Shown in pieces: positions 21,601 through 30,435 of a stretch of DNA of 64,000 nucleotides. How positions within the stretch are numbered: the stretch's first letter is position 1; every line of letters begins with the position of its first letter. The notes under the pieces are model-generated. The model did no database searches and was not told the origin of the DNA. It was given only the letters and a program-made list of their open reading frames with translations. The position numbers and the translations under genes were made by a program. This DNA is from Candidatus Poseidoniaceae archaeon (GTDB taxonomy: Archaea; Thermoplasmatota; Poseidoniia; Poseidoniales; Poseidoniaceae). The stretch is from positions 7,915 to 71,914 of the forward strand of contig JADHSC010000006.1 of the NCBI GenBank assembly GCA_016777125.1, written 5' to 3'.

Positions 21601-21752
21601 ATTGCAACGAAGAAAGCGACTAAAACTGGATAGAGAAATGATACTTCAAAATCTGTAGATGTTGCGATTGTTGACGCTGATGCTGAAGGAAGAAGAGAAA
21701 TTGCAAGCCCAATAAGGGCTAATTTCATTCCTCGCATGGATATACCGAACAC
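18687..21752 (-). CDS. Large polytopic membrane protein with a cytoplasmic TPR-like helical region
   Basis: About 10-12 hydrophobic segments; helical repeats (ALQLALETVKFDP..RIAVALCLIDKGNWHQA); basic disordered tail. Confidence 0.6.
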   Translation of the reverse strand: MFGISMRGMKLALIGLAISLLPSASASTIATSTDFEVSFLYPVLVAFFVAMFLWRFFVPRQLSALQVAFEIDDDLYEVHRLTKGIDDAKELLQQGRVAFGVGLYMMGMMGVLVLIGELLFNADVYFDLNLWLIGLFILIPVLISPWETLNAQLIGKNKLRVGRHTIRTGLRRIITLAILVSSTVATVSYGMNLNGGDITPVWLAAGMLVFMAPTILAYGRIMGASWNMLLLNKWRTARGRRNPIDPDKPSFVNRLFSLLLVMFLITMPITALNGIVTVFHILVNEPQNTEEVLNFGGIIGHSIYERIDLISEILFHWEFIKSAPQFLSLYLSLNIAIVGLAFIFELTRNLILGGQTFGGMFGVTLDTPREIRTEESAQGRQLAFAFAGFSGYTVLLLILVCYKEFGDLMPFTQDLEDNGFDESMRLLTTWMFIAVGQAIFLFTWLLSIARFAPLRQLKFDLDPEERREGAVMLADGDWMRDFVDEAALQEDLDALIRFQMQLIEGDEALVRHEKARAKMWECAIRGLWPKAIEESRKVLAQAGGDDDEARMITATGYLATRRLDAAREALRGLQQPEGYDEPEILAFITEWMDPWNGTVDEDDIWDWENNSTIDHLNEQMRMLRYWTPKHSEDSIEHTDKLSMIGKLSSVASLRMQRRHEEALQLALETVKFDPLGVRPRIAVALCLIDKGNWHQAMSVYQELKESDINDPRVTALSVLLGNEANVEHIEVSLAVETGKNVRKWLDEAPVNAVAGLGIKGGMDEAINANIMICAHESVRRNMTPRYSPSILHYIIQYVLLPPIFIVSAIAMSGYAGQVQGVVTGVVLFMLQIAFARFRRQQGRQIKHRDQRSLVDYARMMKRFKVNPNSGNIPIGTHLLLSGILVTVNGVVLDVGMPGWLTQRLPKDADKTIRSRLKRNALSISKNKPAKLKPLKKGWWLKRPKDELSDVPILEQLVGQVAYRGRQTMLMKKTTGFRQAPSGKPNLNPVGSHDFKGRSVPRNTRTSERSARTGPSRPSRRR

Positions 21753-21762
21753 TCATCAAACA

Positions 21763-22995
21763 TCAATACTTCGCCGTCTTTGTGTACAGAATTCTGTGTT
21801 TTTGTAAGAACGTATCAATTCTATCAAAAGCGATGTTTAGAGTTTCCACATCTGGAAGGAATACGAGCCTAAAGTGACCTTTCCCCTTTTCAGAACTAAA
21901 TCCTGAACCGTGAACAACCAGCACATGTTGTTCATGCAGTAACTGGAGAACAAAGGCCTTATCATCGTTAGACCATCTCTCATCCGTCAATTTTACGAAC
22001 ATGTAAAAAGCCCCTTCAGGATTTTGAACTTCAAGACCTTCAATCTCAGCGATTCTTGAGAGACAAACATCTCTTCGTTCTTTGACTGTTTCAGAGTATT
22101 GTTTCATCCAAGATCGATCCTGTTCAAGTCCAGCCAAAAATCCAATTTGGGCAGGAGTGGATGCACACAAACGAGATCGTAAAATTCGCTCTAAACCATC
22201 ACGCACTGACACGAGAGATAATATCGGATCATGTATCGCCATGTAGCCAATTCGCCATCCGGGTGCATAGTATACTTTTGAAACACCGTTCATTGTAAGG
22301 ACTGGGACTGTATGTGACAAACTTGCAGCACTAACGTGACGTCCTGAAAAATCAAGGCCATCATAGATTTCATCGGCGATAAGAATACAATTGGGCCATT
22401 TTTCGAGTATTGATAACAATCGATCAATATCACTTGAACCGGCCACTGATCCTGTGGGATTATTTGGATTGATCAATACAAACAGTCTGACATCGTCATT
22501 CATTTTAGATTCAATATCTTCAAAATTTAATGTCCATCCATCATTGGATTTTAGCTCGTATTCAATGGTCTCAGCCCCATACATTTGGGGATATGCCATG
22601 TATGGTGGATAATGTGGACCGGGTGCAAGGACTTGATGTCCTTCTTCTAACGTAGCCTGAAATACAATCTGTAGAGCTTCAGTTACTCCATGACAAACAT
22701 AGACATCCTTGGGCTGAGCATTCCAGCCTTTTCTTGTTTCATCTTGAGCAATGGCAGTTCTTAATTCCGGTAAACCATAGGAGGGTGAGTATCCATTCCT
22801 GCCCTCTGACAAGGCCTTTGAAAACGCATCGACCATGTGCGAAGGAGTTGGTAAACCAGGATATGCAATAGGATCGCCTATGTTTAATTTAATGATAGAA
22901 TGACCTTGTGATTCAAGTTCCGTAGCAGGAACAACCACATCTCGAATAGCATACTCAATATTAGAGGCACGCTTGGACGAGGGGATTTCAGCCAC
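21763..22995 (-). CDS. PLP-dependent class I/II aminotransferase (alanine aminotransferase-like)
   Basis: IEYAIRD, LNIGDP, INPNNPTG, ADEIYD, NGVSKVY..PGWRIGY; GTG start at 22995 after GGTGA. Confidence 0.88.
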   Translation of the reverse strand: MAEIPSSKRASNIEYAIRDVVVPATELESQGHSIIKLNIGDPIAYPGLPTPSHMVDAFSKALSEGRNGYSPSYGLPELRTAIAQDETRKGWNAQPKDVYVCHGVTEALQIVFQATLEEGHQVLAPGPHYPPYMAYPQMYGAETIEYELKSNDGWTLNFEDIESKMNDDVRLFVLINPNNPTGSVAGSSDIDRLLSILEKWPNCILIADEIYDGLDFSGRHVSAASLSHTVPVLTMNGVSKVYYAPGWRIGYMAIHDPILSLVSVRDGLERILRSRLCASTPAQIGFLAGLEQDRSWMKQYSETVKERRDVCLSRIAEIEGLEVQNPEGAFYMFVKLTDERWSNDDKAFVLQLLHEQHVLVVHGSGFSSEKGKGHFRLVFLPDVETLNIAFDRIDTFLQKHRILYTKTAKY

Positions 22996-23003
22996 GTTAT
23001 CAC

Positions 23004-23483
23004 CTACTCTAGTTCTCCGGGTTCTAATCCACCCATTGTACAAATAATTTCAAATTCATTTTGGTGTACTGGCTGGATGGAGAGTCGTTGACCTCTCCTT
23101 ATGAGTGGCATCTCTGAAAGCGAAGGTTCGTTCCTTACTGAATCGAGTGAAACTGTTTCCTCAAGTGGCTTTATTGGTTCGATATCGACCATAAACCAAC
23201 GAGGTTTTTCTGGAGAAGATTTTTCATCAAAATAGTTGGATTTAGAATCCCAAGATGTGAAATCCGGATACCCTTCTTTGCATACTTTGGCGATTCCTGC
23301 AATATGCGGAGGTTTGCAATTTGAGTGATAGAATAGAACATAATCTCCTACTTTCATCGCATCACGCATCATGTTACGTGCTTGATAATTTCGAACTCCA
23401 TCCCAATGGGTCGATCCATCTTCAACAAGTTGCGAATATGGATATACATCAAGTTCAGACTTCATCAACCAGTAGTTGACCAT
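23004..23483 (-). CDS. EVE domain protein
   Basis: YWLMKSE, WDGVRNYQARN, GD..LFYHSNC, PRWFMVD, RLSIQPV. Confidence 0.9.
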   Translation of the reverse strand: MVNYWLMKSELDVYPYSQLVEDGSTHWDGVRNYQARNMMRDAMKVGDYVLFYHSNCKPPHIAGIAKVCKEGYPDFTSWDSKSNYFDEKSSPEKPRWFMVDIEPIKPLEETVSLDSVRNEPSLSEMPLIRRGQRLSIQPVHQNEFEIICTMGGLEPGELE

Positions 23484-23524
23484 GTCTGTTGATAGGAATA
23501 CGGGTCTTATCCCTTTGCTTGTTG

Positions 23525-26500
23525 TCACCACGCTTCATCAGAGCGTGAATCCATGATTAGAACTGCTTCCAGTACATCTGGATCATCAGGTTTAACTCGG
23601 CCAAGACCCAGTTTACGAGCCATTCCTGAGGGACCACCAACTGCGCCAATACCCATCTTCTCAAGAGTAACAAATATTGCAGGAAGCAACAACAACGCAC
23701 TTGCAGCTGCAACCCATAGAAGAATGAGAATAACGGTAACGAACGGTTTGATTTCAGGTATCGGGATTTGATAGGCAGTAAACATACCGAGAGAGGTTAC
23801 AACTGCAGCTTCAAACAGAGACATTCCAGTACCCACAGCGGCAGAACGTATGGCATCTAGCCCACCTCCCAATTCTCGAATACGATTGGATATGTGAATA
23901 GAAAAGTCAACTCCAACCCCGACTAAAATTGAGCCGATCATAACTGTAACCAACGATAACGGAACATCCATTTGCCACATTACAAGCCACTGTAACGCAA
24001 CCGTCGCAATAACTGGAGAAGTCGTCCAGAATGAATAACGAATGTCTTTGAAGACAACAGCGAGTGTTATCAACGTGAGAACAATAGCAAATCCAAGAGA
24101 GGTCCATTGGGAATCAACGATGAGTTGATTGACTTCAATTGCAGTCGCTGCAACACCTGTGAGTTTCTCTGCACGTTCTTGATGTACCCCTTGGAATCCT
24201 TCAGTGAATTCATTGATTTCATCAACTGCAACCTTGGTATCAGCAACAGGAATAAATGGCATATCTATGTAAACCAATGTCCGATCATAATCCGAATTGA
24301 TAAAAATTTCTCTCATTTCTTTTGTAAGCGAAGAATAGAATACATCGAGTAAGAAAATCTGACTCTGCGTAGTTCCTGGGAGACCAAAGGTTTCAGGTGT
24401 TTCCAACAAATCCCAGAACGTAGCACCTTCTGTGACTTCTTGATCCATAAGAACCGCAAATGTATCCCGTATATCTTCAGGGAGAAGACCGTATCCTGGA
24501 AGTTCTTCTATCTGATTTAGAATAGGTTGGCCAGAAAGCGTAGGTGCAAGACCAGTCGCTTTCATCAAAAAGACAACAGACACAGCAGAAGCATTTTCTA
24601 CTGTATTCAAATTTCTTTCAAGACTATCGATAATCTTCAAATTTTGATACGGGTCGTCATTCGTAGGATCATTATCAGTCTGATCTCCTGAAACGTTTGC
24701 ATGGACCAGTACCATACCAATTTGGCCAGCATTGAATTCTTCGCTGTATTGTTTCATCTTAATGACTGGCTCTTCACCTTCGGGAGCCATACCTAAGAGA
24801 TCGATGTTCTCTTCCACATTGGCTTGACCTATTGTAGAAGAGACCAATACAAGCAAGACGAAGAAAGCAATCACGCTCTTGTTTCGTTTCATAGGGATAT
24901 CGACTGCTGCATCAAAAATTTTCAATGGTGGATGTTTAGGTTTTCGTAAATCAAGAATCAACGTGAGATTTGGAACCATAAACATCGTAAGGATATAGAC
25001 AACAACAATACCTCCTGATAAGGCAATTCCTACAGTTTGTATAGGTGCCATCGGCGTGAAAATAAGTGAAATAAATCCGATAACTGTCGTTACAGCAGAT
25101 AAGAACACAGCACGACCTGTCGATTTCATCGAAGCACGCATTTTTTGACTCCGACTCCCATCTTCCTCAGCATACCGATTGGTAATATGCAGACCATACG
25201 AAACACCCAGAGCAAGAAGAATTGGGCCCACAATAATTACGGTCATCGTCACTTCATAATTCGTCGCTCCTATGATTCCAAGGGTCCAAAATACAGCACA
25301 AAGAGTTGGCAAACCTGCTATGATTACGACCTTCATACCTTGAATTGGGCGGATTCCAGAAATACCTGCTTGCAATAAATCAGAGTGGAATACAAACAAA
25401 CCAATAGCGACCAGAACTACGGCCAAAGGGAAAATCTCCCAAAAGAGACGGAATGAGAATTCAGTAACAGAATTTGTGATTGGAATTGGGCCAGTTAATG
25501 TCATGGATACGCCTAGACTTTTGACACCTCTCTCCTCTTGGTCACTGGTTAACTCTCCCCAAACGCACATTCCTTCTTCAGGTACTGGATTTCCATTCGC
25601 ATCAAATTCGCATGGCCGTTCCAGCATTGAGATGTTATCAAGACGGTTTTGGGTTTTATCGATAATATCTTTCGGTTCAATTTCATTGACGACAGCTACG
25701 GCCATAATAGCTCGATCGAGGAGAAGGTCTTCACCCTCTAAGCATCCATTGTCATCGGCCCCTTCAGCATTCGGCTCTGCGCTGCAATCGTTGGTATTTC
25801 TTGCGAGTTTATCCAAACCCGGCGTAGGTGAGCCATCGTTTTCGTACATTTCACCGATGATAAGATCGATTGTTGTCTGAGTAGGTATCTCATACCCACC
25901 AGCAAATTGGTCATCGCCAGCGCTTACTGCGTTGTTTACACTCTCAGCAAAGCCCTCACAAACTTCATCCAAGGTTGGGCATTGTTGACCGAGTTGAGTG
26001 ATGAATGCTTCACGAATACGAGGCAGACTTGAATTAATTTCTTTCAATACGGTAGAAATGGACAGAATATAGATGACCTCATCACTTTCATTATCTGAAA
26101 CAAACGGATTAATGGCCTTTTCAACAAAACTTATTTCTTGCAAAATTCTTTGATCCGTAATATTGTTATTGTTGGATTCAATATAGATGACCATCACGTT
26201 TGTTGTCCAATCTTCTTCAACCAGTTCGATCAGTTCCTTGACTTCACTTCCTTCTGGGAGATATACTTCCATGTCTCCGTTAACATTCAATGCAGGTTTA
26301 TCTAGGTCATCGTCCCATGCAGTATCGTCAAGGAAACCTGAAGTCGTAACAAAGTAAACCGTAATCATCAGGAAGAGAGCAACTGTAGCTATCGGAAACC
26401 GTGTAATAACTCCGGTTGCACCAGAACGTTGCCACTCACGCTTGAGTCGCTTTGGTGCGTCAAGTACTGCTTCAACAGCCTTTTTGGGATCAAAATCTCG

Positions 26501-26626
26501 TACTCGAGCCGATATATCGACGGAGCTGAGTTTCATTTTGGATTTACTATAATCTGCAATAGCCTGAAATCTTCCAACATCCGTTTCCGAACGAGGAATT
26601 TTATCTGGTTTCGCCTCATCAGACAT
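23525..26626 (-). CDS. MMPL/RND superfamily transporter
   Basis: Two repeats of a large extracytoplasmic loop plus a TM bundle; LALGVSYGLHI, GRAVFLSAVTTVIGF, GVGVDFSIH. Confidence 0.85.
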   Translation of the reverse strand: MSDEAKPDKIPRSETDVGRFQAIADYSKSKMKLSSVDISARVRDFDPKKAVEAVLDAPKRLKREWQRSGATGVITRFPIATVALFLMITVYFVTTSGFLDDTAWDDDLDKPALNVNGDMEVYLPEGSEVKELIELVEEDWTTNVMVIYIESNNNNITDQRILQEISFVEKAINPFVSDNESDEVIYILSISTVLKEINSSLPRIREAFITQLGQQCPTLDEVCEGFAESVNNAVSAGDDQFAGGYEIPTQTTIDLIIGEMYENDGSPTPGLDKLARNTNDCSAEPNAEGADDNGCLEGEDLLLDRAIMAVAVVNEIEPKDIIDKTQNRLDNISMLERPCEFDANGNPVPEEGMCVWGELTSDQEERGVKSLGVSMTLTGPIPITNSVTEFSFRLFWEIFPLAVVLVAIGLFVFHSDLLQAGISGIRPIQGMKVVIIAGLPTLCAVFWTLGIIGATNYEVTMTVIIVGPILLALGVSYGLHITNRYAEEDGSRSQKMRASMKSTGRAVFLSAVTTVIGFISLIFTPMAPIQTVGIALSGGIVVVYILTMFMVPNLTLILDLRKPKHPPLKIFDAAVDIPMKRNKSVIAFFVLLVLVSSTIGQANVEENIDLLGMAPEGEEPVIKMKQYSEEFNAGQIGMVLVHANVSGDQTDNDPTNDDPYQNLKIIDSLERNLNTVENASAVSVVFLMKATGLAPTLSGQPILNQIEELPGYGLLPEDIRDTFAVLMDQEVTEGATFWDLLETPETFGLPGTTQSQIFLLDVFYSSLTKEMREIFINSDYDRTLVYIDMPFIPVADTKVAVDEINEFTEGFQGVHQERAEKLTGVAATAIEVNQLIVDSQWTSLGFAIVLTLITLAVVFKDIRYSFWTTSPVIATVALQWLVMWQMDVPLSLVTVMIGSILVGVGVDFSIHISNRIRELGGGLDAIRSAAVGTGMSLFEAAVVTSLGMFTAYQIPIPEIKPFVTVILILLWVAAASALLLLPAIFVTLEKMGIGAVGGPSGMARKLGLGRVKPDDPDVLEAVLIMDSRSDEAW

Positions 26627-26759
26627 GGTGCAACCTGCCCATCCCTCTGCACCGACATTGAAAGGATTGCCGTTGGTTTGTGAGGGAACCGTTCAAAAAC
26701 CAATATCCTGACGGCCGGTTGGACACCTCCGTTAACTGGGGGTTGGGCCGGTGTAAACA

Positions 26760-29222
26760 ATGAGTACTCCAAGACTACCTGAGAAGCGATGGTCAATCGA
26801 CCTTGAGAAGAAAATACAAGAGGAACATTACGCTGATTCTGAATCATATCAACAACGGTATGGATTCAAACCTTCAAGCGGAAAACCTCTGTTTGTCGTT
26901 GACACCCCACCCCCCTATCCTTCAGGCACCTGGCACATTGGAGCAGTTGCTCAATATTCAATGATAGATGTCATTGCTCGATCACAACGATTACTTGGAA
27001 AGGAAGTCTATTTCCCGTGGGGCGTTGACAGAAACGGTATTAATATCGAATTCACAGTCGAAAAGAACACTAAAAGGAAGATGAAAACCTATGACCGAGA
27101 GGAATTCCTGACATTGTGCAGAGAGACAATTGAAACATTCACACAAGCCATGAGAAAGACTGCAGCCCGTGTTGGATTATCATGTGATTTCGCTGCCGAA
27201 TATTTGACAGACGCACCAGATTATCGTGCGGTCACTCAATCAATTTTCATCGACTTATTCAAGAAAGGAGATATCATTGAGGACCTCCGTCCAAACATCT
27301 ACGATCCTGTTGAAGGGACGACCATTGCAGATGCTGAAGTTGAACGGATATCAAGAAATACCAAACTTATCGATGTAAAATGGCAAACGGATTCTGGTGA
27401 GGAACTGATCATATCAACTACACGACCAGAGATGATTTGTGCTTGTGGCGTTGTTGTCGTCCATCCTGATGATAAACGATATCAACACCTTGTTGGAAAG
27501 AAAGCCATCTTGCCGATGCCAGTAAGTGGAAGAGAAACTTCTGTCGAAATTCAAACCCACCCATCGGTCAAATCCGAATTCGGAAGCGGTATTTTGATGG
27601 TCTGTTCCTTTGGTGATCAAAACGATGTTGCCGTATTTAGAGAACTTGGATTGACACCATATCAAGCCATCGACCTCGATGGTTGCATGACGGATATCTC
27701 CGCAGACCTATCGGGAATGAGTGTCATTGAGGCAAGAATAAAGGCTACTGAAATGCTTGAAGAATCTGGAAAGATTTCACAGATTGAAGAACGTTCACAA
27801 GAGATTCCAGTTTCTGAACGGGGAAAGAATCCTGTTGAAATTATCCTTCTAAAGGAATGGTATGTACGACAAACCCATATTCAAGACAGAATGCGAGAAC
27901 ATATTGATGAAATCGAGTTCCATCCCCCAAGAAACCGACAATTTTTACTTGACTGGATGGACAATATCAGTATCGATTGGCCAATATCAAGACGTCGATG
28001 GTATCATACTGAGATTCCAATTTGGTATTCGCAAGATGAACAATTCATTGTGGTCCCACCATCGGGTCATTATGTCCAGCCATGGAAGGAACAACCTCCT
28101 TTCGATTCTCGAGTTCTTAATCGTGAATCAAGAGAAGACATAGGTTCATTTAGTGAAATTAAAGATTCACTTGGTGAAATTCGTGGTGAAGAAAAAGTAT
28201 TCGATACGTGGATGGATTCATCAAATTCAAATCTTTTCGTAAGTGGATATTTGAATCATCCAGAAGTGTTTGAAAAAGCATTCCCAACCGCATTGAGGCC
28301 ACAAGGAAAAGAGATAGTTCGCACGTGGTTGTACTATACACTCCTGAAGTCAACCCTCTTACTTGACAAGCCTGGTTTCCAACATGTATGGATTGATGGC
28401 CTTGGAATGGATCCTTGGGGGAGAAAAATGTCAAAGTCTCTAGGCAATGGCATTGATGCGGATAGCGTTCTCGAATGTGGCGCAGGTGGGCGGACAGGAT
28501 CTTGGAAGGTCAAAGGACCGAGCGGTTCAGTTAGTCTCAAAGCAAATAAAATCGGAAGTGAATGTTTCCGATTATGGAAGGCTTGTGAAGCCCAAGTAGG
28601 GGATGATTTCCATATTAATCCTGAAGAAATAGAAGCGAAATACTTCGGAGTACTTACTAAATTATTCAATGTTGCTCGATTTGCAAGCCAATTCGATATG
28701 CCCGAAATTGAACCTACAACGGCATTCCCGGTTGAGGATAGATGGATTCGTTCAGAATTTTCTTCAACCATGAACACTGTCGAATCATCTTGGAATGACC
28801 TTGACATTTACACAGCAACACAAGCGCTCAAGACCTTTGGAACTGGCATCTTGCCATCGCATTGGCTTGAAATGGCAAAAACTCGACTCTATGATGGCGA
28901 TATGCATGCAGCTTGGACAATTCATTCAATCTTGAAAGATTTCCTTGCAGCTTTTAGTCCAGTATGTCCTTTCTTTTGCCACCATATATCGATGACGCTC
29001 TATGGAGAAAGTTCAGTGGATGTTGACCAATTCCCAAATCAAGGATCTGTCGATGAGCAACTCAACAACCTAACTCCAGAAGTCGAAGCCTTCAACAGCG
29101 AAGTTTGGAAGACAAAGAAGGAACAAGGTCTATCGCTTAATGCTGAAATAGAAGGAGTCACGATTCCAGATTCGCTTGAAGAATTCAATGGCACCCTCAC
29201 ACGAATGCACAAGTTACTCTGA
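26760..29222 (+). CDS. valS: Valine--tRNA ligase (archaeal type)
   Basis: DTPPPYPSG.WHIGA, STTRPE, DWPISRRR, VFDTWMDSS, LRPQGKEI, KMSKS. Confidence 0.93.
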   Translation: MSTPRLPEKRWSIDLEKKIQEEHYADSESYQQRYGFKPSSGKPLFVVDTPPPYPSGTWHIGAVAQYSMIDVIARSQRLLGKEVYFPWGVDRNGINIEFTVEKNTKRKMKTYDREEFLTLCRETIETFTQAMRKTAARVGLSCDFAAEYLTDAPDYRAVTQSIFIDLFKKGDIIEDLRPNIYDPVEGTTIADAEVERISRNTKLIDVKWQTDSGEELIISTTRPEMICACGVVVVHPDDKRYQHLVGKKAILPMPVSGRETSVEIQTHPSVKSEFGSGILMVCSFGDQNDVAVFRELGLTPYQAIDLDGCMTDISADLSGMSVIEARIKATEMLEESGKISQIEERSQEIPVSERGKNPVEIILLKEWYVRQTHIQDRMREHIDEIEFHPPRNRQFLLDWMDNISIDWPISRRRWYHTEIPIWYSQDEQFIVVPPSGHYVQPWKEQPPFDSRVLNRESREDIGSFSEIKDSLGEIRGEEKVFDTWMDSSNSNLFVSGYLNHPEVFEKAFPTALRPQGKEIVRTWLYYTLLKSTLLLDKPGFQHVWIDGLGMDPWGRKMSKSLGNGIDADSVLECGAGGRTGSWKVKGPSGSVSLKANKIGSECFRLWKACEAQVGDDFHINPEEIEAKYFGVLTKLFNVARFASQFDMPEIEPTTAFPVEDRWIRSEFSSTMNTVESSWNDLDIYTATQALKTFGTGILPSHWLEMAKTRLYDGDMHAAWTIHSILKDFLAAFSPVCPFFCHHISMTLYGESSVDVDQFPNQGSVDEQLNNLTPEVEAFNSEVWKTKKEQGLSLNAEIEGVTIPDSLEEFNGTLTRMHKLL

Positions 29223-30326
29223 TTCATCAATGCCATCTAATGTTGTTTGGCGATGGTCGATTACTTCCAGTTGTCCTAGACGAAATCCAACGAGTCGTAT
29301 GTTTTGTTCCTGATTCACATTTTGTGCAAAAAGCATTCGAACTTGACGGAGGAATACATCAGTATCATCCATAGCAACTGGAATAGAACGTCCATGAGTG
29401 TGCGTTTCAAAACCAGTATATCGTAACTTAACCTCTGCCAGCCTACCTGCAATACCCTCTTCTCTGGCCTTTGCCATGACTCTTACAGTTAGTTTTTCAA
29501 GCACTTCTAGAACAACTTCATGATTCGATTGGTCAACAGGGAACGTTCGTTCTTTTCCAATCGAACGTCGAGATCGGATTGGACTGACCTCATTTGAGGT
29601 GGTCCCATCCACAACACGTAGTAGCCATGAGGCAAATCGTTCAGAGGTCATTCTTGCTAACGCCAGTTCGCCTAACTCCGAGGCTTCATCTACGGTTGAG
29701 ATTCCCCATTCCGCCAATCTGTTCGCTGTTTTAGGACCAATACCTGGCACTTCCCGTACGGAACGTTGTTGAAAGAATGAATGAATTTCATCAGGTAATA
29801 CTCGGTGAATCCCATTTGGTTTATTCACTTCAGAAGACATTTTAGCAACAACTCTCGTTGAACCGATCCCAAAAGAAGCAGTCAAGCCAACTGAATCTGT
29901 AATTTCGCTCTTTATTCGTCGAGCGAGTCCTAGCGCTTCATCCCAATCTCCGTTCGTAAACTCAGTTATGTCGAGATATGCTTCATCGATACTCGCCTGT
30001 TCAAATTTATCAGCATATTTTCGTAAGATCTTCATGACACGTCGAGACGCCATTGAATACAGGGAACGAGTGCCTCGAATATATCGTCCCGGGCCGTATG
30101 GACTTCCTGGGCAACGTCGCCATGCTTCAGTGATGGGCATTGCAGAACGTACACCGTAGGTCCTAGCAGCATAATTACAGGTCGATACGATACCTCTACC
30201 ACGGCCCTGTTGAGGGTCTGAACCGATGATTAGTGGCTCATCCTCTGGAAAACCATGATGAAGCATCTCGACCGATGCAAAAAAGGCATCGAGATCACAA
30301 TGAATTAGGATACGAGGTTCGCTCAC
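29214..30326 (-). CDS. dinB: Y-family DNA polymerase IV (DinB/Dpo4)
   Basis: HCDLDAFFASVE, STCNYAARTYGVRSAMP, SIDEAYLD, KPNG, VPGIGPKT, little-finger RSIGKERTF; C-terminal QTTLD; GTG 30326 preferred over 30362. Confidence 0.93.
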   Translation of the reverse strand: MSEPRILIHCDLDAFFASVEMLHHGFPEDEPLIIGSDPQQGRGRGIVSTCNYAARTYGVRSAMPITEAWRRCPGSPYGPGRYIRGTRSLYSMASRRVMKILRKYADKFEQASIDEAYLDITEFTNGDWDEALGLARRIKSEITDSVGLTASFGIGSTRVVAKMSSEVNKPNGIHRVLPDEIHSFFQQRSVREVPGIGPKTANRLAEWGISTVDEASELGELALARMTSERFASWLLRVVDGTTSNEVSPIRSRRSIGKERTFPVDQSNHEVVLEVLEKLTVRVMAKAREEGIAGRLAEVKLRYTGFETHTHGRSIPVAMDDTDVFLRQVRMLFAQNVNQEQNIRLVGFRLGQLEVIDHRQTTLDGIDESE

Positions 30327-30363
30327 AATGCAAGATAACTGCCGAAGGTGTTTGAAATTCATC

Positions 30364-30374
30364 CTTCACTTTCA
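30364..30374 (+). promoter_or_regulatory. Candidate DNA-damage response box CTTCACTTTCA
   Basis: 10/11 match to the haloarchaeal UV motif TTTCACTTTCA, in the dinB/radA-like divergent intergenic region. Confidence 0.45.
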
Positions 30375-30435
30375 TAGTACTCCCTGCGAAACATAACCCT
30401 ACTGCCTTCGCCGGACAACAATACTTGGTGATGGA

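Noticed and set aside
18931-21658. Several long antisense ORFs inside large genes, here and throughout the window
   Set aside because: Shadow frames of real CDSs; Ser-rich with no motifs
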